A DNA stretch of 64,000 nt from an uncultured Verrucomicrobiae bacterium (GTDB taxonomy: Bacteria > Verrucomicrobiota > Verrucomicrobiia > Chthoniobacterales > JAFAMB01), in assembly GCA_963813025.1 (NCBI GenBank), contig CAWEXO010000013.1:192001-256000 (forward strand). Reading direction: 5' to 3'. The notes beneath the pieces are model-generated. The model saw only the letters and a list, made by a program, of their open reading frames with translations, did not search any database and was not told where the DNA came from. Shown here piece after piece: positions 38,969 to 47,124 of the stretch. Numbering within the stretch: the stretch's first letter is position 1; each line of letters opens with the position of its first letter. The translations under genes were made by a program, and so were the position numbers.

Positions 38969-40543
38969 TCAGCTTTGCGGACGGGTTTTCTGCAGCTTGT
39001 ACTCGTAACTCTCAACCAGCGCGAGCCAGCTCGCCTCGATGATGTTGTCCGATACGCCAACGGTGCACCAGCTTTCCCGATGATCGGTCGAGTCAATCAA
39101 GACACGGGTCCGTGCACCGGTTCCCTGGCTTGCGCCAATCATCCGCACTTTGTAATCGTCCAAGACCACATTCTCAATCTCCGGATATACCGGAGTAAGC
39201 GCCTTGCGCAGAGCAGCATCGAGCGCGTTGATCGGTCCGTCGCCTTCGGCGGCCGTGTAGATGTCATTCTTGCCAGCTCGCAATTTCACCGTCGCTTCGC
39301 AAGTCTCGTAGCGGTTTCGCACCGAGCGGATGTAAGTGCAGTGATACTCGAGAAGCTCCCAATACGGCGAGGTGTTCTGGAGAGCGCGCCGGATCAAGAG
39401 TTCAAGCGAAGCCTCGGCCGCTTCGAACTCATAGCCCAGGTGTTCCAGGCGTTTCACCTCGCGCAGGATGGTAGTCACTTCCGGCGACCCTTTCGCTAAA
39501 TCGAAGCCGAGTTCTCTGGCTTTCGCGATCACATTGCTCTGTCCCGCGAGCTCAGAAACCACGATACGCTGATGGTTGCCGACCGACTCCGGCTCGATGT
39601 GCTCGTAGCTGCGAGCCACTTTCTGGACGGCATGACCATGCAGGCCTCCTTTGTGGGTAAAAGCCGTGGAGCCGACAAAAGGAGCGCGGATGTTGTGCTG
39701 GCAATTTGCCATTTCGTCGACCAGCAGAGAAATCTCTCGCAACCGGGAAAGGTCCGCGACAACTTTGATCCCGAGCTTCAACTGAAGGTTTGGAATAACA
39801 CTGGTGAGATTACAATTTCCGGTCCGCTCCCCGTAACCGTTGATTGTCCCTTGCACCTGCACTGCGCCGGCTCGGATCGCCGCCAGAGCGCCCGCCACCG
39901 CCAACTCGCAATCATTGTGGGTATGAATGCCAATGGGACAATCGAGGGTTTGGATCACGCTCGCCGTGATTTTCTCGATCTCATGCACTTGGGAGCCGCC
40001 GTTCGTGTCACAAAGGACCACCGTATCAGCGCCCGCTTCGGCCGCGGCTCGAATGGCGCTCATGGCCGACTCCGGGCAATCCGTGTAACCGTCAAAAAAA
40101 TGTTCAGCGTCGAAAATTACCTCTTTCCCATGATTCTTCAGGTAGGCGACAGTCTCGCGAATCATCCGCCGGTTTTCCTCATCAGACACTCCCAAAATCT
40201 GTTCGAAATGAAGGCGCCAGCTCTTGCCGACGATGGTGACCACCGGGGTCTGGGCCGCCAGCAATAACGCGACCTGAGAGTCCGCCTCTGGCTTGGTCCG
40301 GCCGCGACAGGTACTGCCGAAGGCGCAAATGCGAGTTTGGCGCCAAGAGCGTTTCTTCGCTTCGTCAAAAAAGGCAATATCCTTGGGATTCGAGCCTGGC
40401 CAGCCGCCCTCAATGTAGGGAATACCAAAGGCGTCGAGCTTCTCAGCGATCCGTATCTTATCGTGGAGGCTGAAAGAGATCCCTTGACCCTGCGTGCCAT
40501 CACGCAGGGTGGTATCGTAGAGTGTTACCTGATTCCGGCTCAT
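38969..40543 (-). CDS. cimA: citramalate synthase
   Basis: DTTLRDGTQG, GGWPGSNPKD, DAEHFFDG, HTHND, GYGERTGN, GVSDNIIEASW. Confidence 0.93.
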   Translation of the reverse strand: MSRNQVTLYDTTLRDGTQGQGISFSLHDKIRIAEKLDAFGIPYIEGGWPGSNPKDIAFFDEAKKRSWRQTRICAFGSTCRGRTKPEADSQVALLLAAQTPVVTIVGKSWRLHFEQILGVSDEENRRMIRETVAYLKNHGKEVIFDAEHFFDGYTDCPESAMSAIRAAAEAGADTVVLCDTNGGSQVHEIEKITASVIQTLDCPIGIHTHNDCELAVAGALAAIRAGAVQVQGTINGYGERTGNCNLTSVIPNLQLKLGIKVVADLSRLREISLLVDEMANCQHNIRAPFVGSTAFTHKGGLHGHAVQKVARSYEHIEPESVGNHQRIVVSELAGQSNVIAKARELGFDLAKGSPEVTTILREVKRLEHLGYEFEAAEASLELLIRRALQNTSPYWELLEYHCTYIRSVRNRYETCEATVKLRAGKNDIYTAAEGDGPINALDAALRKALTPVYPEIENVVLDDYKVRMIGASQGTGARTRVLIDSTDHRESWCTVGVSDNIIEASWLALVESYEYKLQKTRPQS

Positions 40544-40644
40544 GGCTGGGGTAAATTGCCTATCGCAGGCTGCCGGACTTTGCAAGAGACTTCCCGTTTC
40601 GGAAAAGATGCGCCGGCCAACTTTTCGGTATATTCATGCTTGGT

Positions 40645-41202
40645 ATGAATGCGAAATTCTCCGTTTGGGTAGCCGGAGCGCTACTTCTGTTTTTTACGGT
40701 TCCTTCCGCCATGGCGGGGCAGGCCGCGAAATCCGGTGTAGGCGTAAAATATGTGCCAACCGGTGTTCGCATCGAATACGTACACCCGGAGCGATTCACC
40801 GATTTTCGATTGCAAGGGCGATCCGCAACATGGACCGCTCCAATCTTCAGTCGGGAAATCGGAGCGGCGCTTGAGCAGGTTCTGGCGCGACGTCTTCCGG
40901 GTGGCAGCTTGACTTTGCGATTCAACGATATCGACCTCGCCGGCCGATATGAACCTCGGAGAGGCCCGCAGTTTGATAATATCCGGTTTGTGCGTACTGG
41001 CGCCACGCCGATCCGTCTGAATTTTGATTATACCTTGACGGACAGTCAGGGGCGTATCGTTTCCAGCGGTACCAGGGGTTTGTCGGACACCTTTTATCTG
41101 GATCGGTATCCCAACGCTCTGATCCGCTCGACTTTCGACCAACTTTTCTACGAGAAGCAGCTCCTGCAATCCTGGTTGACTAACGTTGTCCGGAGCTCAT
41201 AA
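40645..41202 (+). CDS. DUF3016-like exported protein
   Basis: PERFTD, DIDLAG, YEKQLL..W; signal peptide. Confidence 0.78.
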   Translation: MNAKFSVWVAGALLLFFTVPSAMAGQAAKSGVGVKYVPTGVRIEYVHPERFTDFRLQGRSATWTAPIFSREIGAALEQVLARRLPGGSLTLRFNDIDLAGRYEPRRGPQFDNIRFVRTGATPIRLNFDYTLTDSQGRIVSSGTRGLSDTFYLDRYPNALIRSTFDQLFYEKQLLQSWLTNVVRSS

Positions 41203-41352
41203 GGCGCGTAGCGCGCAGCATAAGCTTCCAGCTTGTCAGCTTTTGAACCGGCAGGAACGGTCTGTCGGACTCTGGAAATCGTAGGATGCCATCAAGCGTT
41301 TGGTCGCGCGAGCGCTAGAGATCGTCTCAGAATGCCGCACTGTCCGGTGGCG

Positions 41353-41455
41353 GTAGGGCGAAAATTTATTTGAGCCGGACGCTTGGTGAGCCACCCGTCC
41401 CAGATGGCTCCGCCTTCGCCAAGGCTGTGGCGGACACGTCAAACAAGTTCTCGCC
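41353..41455. repeat. REP-like repeat, family A, with nested CCGCCTTCGCCAAGGCTGTGGCGG module
   Basis: GTAGGGCGAAAATTTATTTGA...TCAAACAAGTTCTCGCC arms. Confidence 0.8.
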
Positions 41456-41620
41456 TGGCGCTCGTCCGGCAAGGCGGATCGCCCTATCGGGCTCAGGACA
41501 AAAGAGGCCTTGGGATATCCCTCCAACCTCTCTTCCGAACCATAGCTCGATTGCGCGCTCTACAGATTGCCCAAAGTCCGATAGACCCAGGAACCGGCGC
41601 TACCTGGAAGTCCGAAGCGT

Positions 41621-42145
41621 CTATCGGACCACAACCACCGGTGTTCCGACCTTGGCCGCTTCGTAAAATCGGCGAGCTTTCCCTTCTGGCATCCGAATAC
41701 AGCCATGTGAGGCCGGGTAGCCGGGCAAATAGCCGGCGTGCATGCCTACTCCGCCATAAATCCGCAGAAAGTAAGGCATCGGCGCCCCGACAAAATGCGT
41801 GCCGGGAGGCCGGGCGTCTTTGCGCACGTCCACGTCAGGTTTGACGATGATGTTTCCATCGCCGCAGTAAGCGCCATAGACGCTGGACCGATGGTCCAAA
41901 TCCTTCTGAATAATCTTATACTTGCCGGGCGCGGTGCCATGGCCCTCGCGCCCGGTCGAAATCGGAGCGACCAGCGCAACATTCGGACCGGCGTACAGGT
42001 AGGCGTGCTGGTCGCGGAGATCGATAAGGATGGCGACTTTGCCCGATGGTCGACCGCGAACATCGTAAAGTGTGTCCTGGACTTCGGCACAACCGCCGAA
42101 CAAAAGCATCAGACCAAGCCAGGCCAGACCAGACAGTCTTTTCAT
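41621..42145 (-). CDS. L,D-transpeptidase (YkuD family) lipoprotein
   Basis: ISTGR, MPYFLR, HAGYLPGYPASHGCIRMP. Confidence 0.92.
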   Translation of the reverse strand: MKRLSGLAWLGLMLLFGGCAEVQDTLYDVRGRPSGKVAILIDLRDQHAYLYAGPNVALVAPISTGREGHGTAPGKYKIIQKDLDHRSSVYGAYCGDGNIIVKPDVDVRKDARPPGTHFVGAPMPYFLRIYGGVGMHAGYLPGYPASHGCIRMPEGKARRFYEAAKVGTPVVVVR

Positions 42146-42282
42146 CGCGTCCTTATGAGGGGCGAAAATCCGTTCCTGTCAATAAAGTAATCGGGTGTTT
42201 GGTGAGGCGTGGCTAACTGCGCAGCCAATCAGGCCTGCGCCACTTTTCCGTCGTGATTTTTGAGCCGTTTTTTAGGGAGTGC

Positions 42283-43212
42283 CTACTCCACTATCCGGCT
42301 CGAAAGGGACAAGAGCAAAGTTCGACTGGTCCCTCTACCGGTACAAGCACTCCCGAGAGGGGAGACGCCACCAAGCCGTACTCTTTCGCACTCAATCGGT
42401 TTCCCGAGAATACGCTCCCCGAGATCGCGGAAGTAGAGTGCGTCATCGGTTGTCAGGAAATGGCGCCGCCCTTTTCTGCTGAGTTTTTCGTCAAACTCCG
42501 GGTGCCGGTTTAACCAATCGGCCAGGCGTTCGGCAATAACGGGCGCCTGGGTCAAGACAGAAGTTTTTTCAGGCAGGTTTTTACGGATAATCGGGAGCAG
42601 GGCTGGGTAATGCGTGCAGGCCAGGAGAATTCTTTGGGTCCGTGGAGCACTGATGAGCAGGCGCGCAAGATCGCGCGCGACGAACCATTCCGGACCGGCT
42701 CCTGAGAGCTCACCGGCTTCGACTAGTGGCACCCACATTGAGCATTCCTGCTGGTAAAGCGTGAGATTCGGAGCCAGCTTTTGCAGTTCGAGGCCGAACG
42801 AATTCGAGCGGATTGTTTCGCTGGTGCCGAGCACTGCCACCGACCCTGCTATTTGCGGTCGCGGTTCACTGGACACGTCTCCAATCGGGATTTGGGCGAG
42901 CTCCTCGGCCGAAGGTCGAATGACTCCGAGGATGCGCCGGTTCGGGTAGCGTTGCGGGAGATACTGCTGCTGGATAGTCCGGAGAGCACGTGCTGAGGCA
43001 GTGTTGCAGGCGAGCACCACCACGACGCAACCTGCCTGAAACAAATGTTCGACCGCTTCCAACGTAAACTGGCAGATGACCTCATAGCTGCGGGCGCCGT
43101 AGGGAGCCCGGGCGTTGTCGCCGAGATAAACAAAATCATAGGCCGGAAGTCTGGCGAGGATTTCTCGAAGGACGGTCAAGCCGCCATATCCGGAGTCGAA
43201 AACGCCAATCAC
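42283..43212 (-). CDS. murI: glutamate racemase
   Basis: IGVFDSGYGGLTV, PYG, ACNTAS, LACTHYP. Confidence 0.96.
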   Translation of the reverse strand: MIGVFDSGYGGLTVLREILARLPAYDFVYLGDNARAPYGARSYEVICQFTLEAVEHLFQAGCVVVVLACNTASARALRTIQQQYLPQRYPNRRILGVIRPSAEELAQIPIGDVSSEPRPQIAGSVAVLGTSETIRSNSFGLELQKLAPNLTLYQQECSMWVPLVEAGELSGAGPEWFVARDLARLLISAPRTQRILLACTHYPALLPIIRKNLPEKTSVLTQAPVIAERLADWLNRHPEFDEKLSRKGRRHFLTTDDALYFRDLGERILGKPIECERVRLGGVSPLGSACTGRGTSRTLLLSLSSRIVE

Positions 43213-43308
43213 GTGTTTTCCTTTATCGGTAGGCGAAAATTCATTCGAGCGCCAGTCGCTCGCGTTGGCGCCTCAGTCAACGCTGACTTCCGGAATTCAA
43301 TGAACCTA

Positions 43309-43337
43309 TTGACAGGAACGCGCTGTATATGTAACAT
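43309..43337 (+). promoter_or_regulatory. sigma70-type promoter candidate
   Basis: TTGACA-17 bp-TAACAT followed by an AT-rich tract. Confidence 0.6.
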
Positions 43338-43534
43338 TGAAATAAATAGTTATATTATTGAATAATATCATGCCTGGCATCGTCTACTCGGCAGGTTCCG
43401 GCAGCGGTGTCAAACGATCCGGCCCAGAGCCGGGGCGTGGCAACGGCCGAGTGCGTGAAGATTCCCATGAACACTATTCTTGACACCGGTCCTCCGGAAA
43501 GCTTGGTCTGGTTGCGCAAACAGAGCTTCTAAGT

Positions 43535-44926
43535 ATGCCGCCCAAATTCGGTAATTACCTTTTTCGCAATCTCAAAGGGCAACGCGCGCCTGCCGAGACT
43601 CCGAGAGACCCGGCGGAAAATCTCGTGGCGATCGAGGACAGGCCAATAATCCTCCGCGAAACGGATTTTCTTGAAGGCGAACCTGGCCTGACTGCGCTGG
43701 ACTGGAGCAAAGTGCCCGACGGCCGCATCGTCGTTCGGCTGGGTGATACCACCGGTCTGATGGATGGCCGCGTACGGATCAAGGCCGCAACTTTACGCAA
43801 TTTATATCCGGGAGTCTTACCCGAGACGCTCATTCCCGAAACTGAGTACCCCATTTCTCTCAAAACGGTCGTGCTCCAGATGCAAAGCTTTCTTCGGGAG
43901 AAATCGGATGAGATCATCAAACCGGCCGGTCCGGATTTTGACACGCCGATCGCGCAGGTGGCTCGCGAAGACGAAGGTTTTTTCGAGCTTGATGCCGCCA
44001 GCGCCAACGGTGCACCGGCCGCGGGTCCACCAGATGCGGGCCTGCCGGACTTGTCTCCCGCGAGTGGTTCGGGTATTCCGGCCAGCGACCCGCCAGCCGC
44101 GTCCCGGGAGAGTCTCGCCTTTCCGTTGATTCGCGAAAAGCAGGGGCGCAATGTCGCTCCGAAAGAGGCGCCAAACCTTTTGGTCCAAATCCCGAGGCCG
44201 GCGTCTCCGTCGTCCGTTCCGGCGCGACCAACGCAATCGCCGATTGTTCCGCGAGGCGGCTCCGCGGCGGATGACGCTGACGGGCCGCTTGAGCCGGTGG
44301 AATCTGGAGGATCAGGCTCGGCCGACTCAAACGCCTCGACGCCAAAGAAAGACAACCCGTTTATAGACTTACCGGAGGTTGGGCCGCGGTCATCACAACG
44401 AACAGTCGGCAAACCGCGGTTGGCCCCTCGAGAGGGGTCGTCCAACGTATCTTTACCACCAGCACCTGAAATGCCGGCGCGGAAACCAGCCCGCCGAATC
44501 GGGCTGGAACGTCTCCAGGAGATCTTCATGACCGATGATTACCTGGACGGAGTGCAGGTAGCAAAGCTGCTGGTTCGGTTTCCGAAGGTGAAAGATGCAA
44601 AAATCCTGTTGGAATCAGGAGAGATCCTCGGAGGAATTCGGGTCGAGCGCGAAGATGCAGTGGCTCTCTCTTCTGCGACAGACCTGATTGGCGCGGCACG
44701 CGAATTTGGCGAGCGCCTTCACCACGCGCGAATTTCCGCTATCACGCTTCTCGGTGATTTCGCGACGAGCATTTTTCAGGAGGGTCGGGTCTGTCTTCTC
44801 ATTACGCACGAAGGCCGCGGTCTGCTTCCCGGGATGCGTGATCGCATGGTCGAGATTGCCCGCGCTCTCGATGCTCTTTATGCAGAAACACCAAGGAACG
44901 AAGCAGCGCCGGAAGCGGCGCGCTAG
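43535..44926 (+). CDS. hypothetical protein with long Pro-rich linker and C-terminal roadblock/LC7-like domain
   Basis: 463-aa ORF; C-terminal alternating alpha/beta pattern resembling roadblock fold (inference). Confidence 0.6.
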   Translation: MPPKFGNYLFRNLKGQRAPAETPRDPAENLVAIEDRPIILRETDFLEGEPGLTALDWSKVPDGRIVVRLGDTTGLMDGRVRIKAATLRNLYPGVLPETLIPETEYPISLKTVVLQMQSFLREKSDEIIKPAGPDFDTPIAQVAREDEGFFELDAASANGAPAAGPPDAGLPDLSPASGSGIPASDPPAASRESLAFPLIREKQGRNVAPKEAPNLLVQIPRPASPSSVPARPTQSPIVPRGGSAADDADGPLEPVESGGSGSADSNASTPKKDNPFIDLPEVGPRSSQRTVGKPRLAPREGSSNVSLPPAPEMPARKPARRIGLERLQEIFMTDDYLDGVQVAKLLVRFPKVKDAKILLESGEILGGIRVEREDAVALSSATDLIGAAREFGERLHHARISAITLLGDFATSIFQEGRVCLLITHEGRGLLPGMRDRMVEIARALDALYAETPRNEAAPEAAR

Positions 44927-44928
44927 GC

Positions 44929-45543
44929 ATGTTTTTTCCGGCGTATCTGTTCGTCCTTGTTGCCATCGCGCATATCACCGGCCGCTTTCCTGCGGTTGAA
45001 ATGAGCGCACATCCGATTCTGTCGAAAGGAGAAGCAGTGATCGACGCTTCACCCACGCCGTGGCCGGGGCAGCGCTCGATGTTGTCGATTTACGTTGACC
45101 CGGACAATGACCAGGGTCAGCGAACGCTCGAAGTCCGCGGTAAACTTGATCGCGGTCTAAACAATCTGGAGGATCGAATTGTCGTCGTCGGAGTAGTCGA
45201 TCAGGACGTGGTCAGCGGGTCGGGAAGCATCATTATCTCGGCCGGATCCAAAGTCGTCGGTTTGGGGTTCTGCGATGCCGGCCGCGCCAGGATCGAGGCT
45301 CGAGGAAAATGGACTTTTTATGTCAGCGACCATCAGATTAGTTTGGAAGGTTCTCTCTGGGGCGCCGACCGCAAGGAAGGATTGTCCGGTATCGAGGTCG
45401 AGAACGGCATCGATCCAACCAGGGTCAAACAGGCCATTTGCCGGGATGGGATTTATGTGTACGTGCCCGAAGCAACCGAATTCGTCCTTCGCCTGAGCGG
45501 CAATATCTCCGTCCGGGATCTCGGGTCGGCCTTTGGCAAATAG
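44929..45543 (+). CDS. hypothetical protein, possibly TrbI/VirB10-like beta domain
   Basis: IISAGSKVVG, RARI, EGLSG, YVYVPEATEFVL reminiscent of VirB10 C-terminal domain. Confidence 0.45.
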   Translation: MFFPAYLFVLVAIAHITGRFPAVEMSAHPILSKGEAVIDASPTPWPGQRSMLSIYVDPDNDQGQRTLEVRGKLDRGLNNLEDRIVVVGVVDQDVVSGSGSIIISAGSKVVGLGFCDAGRARIEARGKWTFYVSDHQISLEGSLWGADRKEGLSGIEVENGIDPTRVKQAICRDGIYVYVPEATEFVLRLSGNISVRDLGSAFGK

Positions 45544-45669
45544 CAGGGTGGGGGAACCGAATGCAACTGAGACTGGTCGGTGCGTCGGACTTTGGAAGTC
45601 GCTGCAAGATGAAGGTGGATGACAATCTCGAAAATGTCTCTGGCTAGAAGTGTCTTTGGGCCTGTGCCG

Positions 45670-45819
45670 TTAGGGCGAAAATTCATTCGAGCATTAGCGA
45701 GAACTTGTTTGGGTCGTCTGGAGCGCGTGGCTGCCGCAGATTCCGGCTCGAACGAGTCTTCGCCGAAGGCTCCTCCTTCGCTAAAGCTTCGGCGGACACG
45801 TCAAATGAATTCTCGCCCT
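45670..45819. repeat. composite REP-like repeat, family A; IS110 target
   Basis: AGGGCGAAAATTCATTCGA...TCAAATGAATTCTCGCCCT arms; terminal AC of the usual CCTAC end lies after the IS at 47142. Confidence 0.85.
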
Positions 45820-45849
45820 TGTACCTTGCCCCACCAATTTTTTTTCCCT

Positions 45850-46065
45850 TTTAAAGCCGCCCGCAAGGGCGGAACTCTGGAGGTGAAGAACTTGGCCGAG
45901 GAGGGTGGAAAACTGCCTCGCCCAAAGGTCGGTAGAACCTGTCCGGTAGATTAGTCCACCCTTCCTCGTGCCGCACCTGCATAAGACCGTACCGTATCTT
46001 AGGCCGTTCCAAACAGGGTTGGAACATAAGCCGTGTTCACAAGGCTCTGTCAGCAGGCGCGCGCC
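45850..46065 (+). ncRNA. predicted IS110 bridge RNA (ends approximate)
   Basis: GNRA hairpin, then two stem-enclosed internal loops carrying CTCGCCC/CCGGTAG (target) and ACCGTATCTT/ACAAG (donor). Confidence 0.85.
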
Positions 46066-46113
46066 CAAGCGCTTCATCAAACAAAGAACCAATTCAACGC
46101 GAATTCCTGTCTG

Positions 46114-47124
46114 ATGAAAAAACGCTACTGCATGGGTATTGATATGGCAAAAGCAAGCTTTGACTTTTGCCTGCTCTCCAAGAATGGCACTCGCCTGTGG
46201 CGGGGAAAGTTCAGCAATGATGCGACCGGCATTGGAGCATTTTTAGCCCAACTCCAGGCCCGCTCTTGGCCGCTCTCCCAGATCCACTTCGCCCTGGAAG
46301 CCACCGGGGTCTACGGGAAGAGATTGATCGCCGCTCTGCACCAAGCAGGCTTGGCGGTCAGCGTGCTCAATCCCGCCCAAGTCAAATACTTTGCTTTCTC
46401 GGTCCTGCGCCGCACCAAAAATGATCGGGTTGATGCGGCCATCATTGCCCAGTTTTGTCTGGAGCGAAAACCACTGGCCACTCGGCCGCTGCGCCCCCTT
46501 GAGGAAGAATTCAAACTGCTGGTGCGGGAGCGCGAAAGCCGGGTTGGCGAGCTCATCCGGGAACAGAACCGGGTGAAAAAAGACCCTTACCCAATTGCGC
46601 TGCCCGAGCTTGTCAGCCAACAGCGTGGCCAACGACTCGCCCAGCTCAAGAAAGAAATCGCTCAGCTGGAGTCGGCCATCTTCGGCTTAGTCGCGGCTGA
46701 TCAGGCTTTAAGCCGCCAAAGCCAACTGCTGTGCTCTATTCCCGGCATTGCCCAGCTCACGGCCGCCAAGCTGCTGGCCGAGCTGGCCGGTAAAGAGTTC
46801 CAATCGGCTCGGCAGTTGGCGGCCTATGCTGGGCTGACTCCTTCTGAATTCCGTTCCGGTGTCTCGCTCTACGGCAAAACCACCCTGTGCAAAATCGGCA
46901 ACCCTTTCCTGCGCAAAGCACTCTATTTGCCGGCCGCCGTTGCTCGCCGCTGGTGTAAACCCATCCAGCAATGGGCCGCAGGTCTCGAGTCACGCAAGCT
47001 CCACTCCCTGGCTATCCGCGGTGCCGTCATGCGAAAACTCCTGCACATCGCCTTCGGTGTTCTCTCTCACCAACAACCCTACAATCCTAACCTGGCCCGC
47101 CATTCCTTAAAGCAATGCCCTTGA
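46114..47124 (+). CDS. IS110 family transposase/recombinase
   Basis: DEDD RuvC-like GID, LEATG, KNDRVDA; C-terminal SIPGI, AYAGLTP, SG, GNPFLRKALY. Confidence 0.96.
   Translation: MKKRYCMGIDMAKASFDFCLLSKNGTRLWRGKFSNDATGIGAFLAQLQARSWPLSQIHFALEATGVYGKRLIAALHQAGLAVSVLNPAQVKYFAFSVLRRTKNDRVDAAIIAQFCLERKPLATRPLRPLEEEFKLLVRERESRVGELIREQNRVKKDPYPIALPELVSQQRGQRLAQLKKEIAQLESAIFGLVAADQALSRQSQLLCSIPGIAQLTAAKLLAELAGKEFQSARQLAAYAGLTPSEFRSGVSLYGKTTLCKIGNPFLRKALYLPAAVARRWCKPIQQWAAGLESRKLHSLAIRGAVMRKLLHIAFGVLSHQQPYNPNLARHSLKQCP

Noticed and set aside
43380..43530. c-di-GMP or other known riboswitch
   Set aside because: Diagnostic conserved motifs not found; kept only as an unassigned structured leader
43555..44529. 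Long antisense ORFs (324 aa here; also 6362-7237, 35310-36254, 52753-53622)
   Set aside because: Shadow frames of real genes in GC-rich DNA, with no motifs
45939..45951. Alternative IS110 left boundary at CT 45939-40, or CCGGTAGAT/ATCTACCGG as a terminal inverted repeat
   Set aside because: Gives a 21-bp promoter spacer. The match is better explained as the right target guide, and core 45818-19 fits all four guides and a 17-bp spacer
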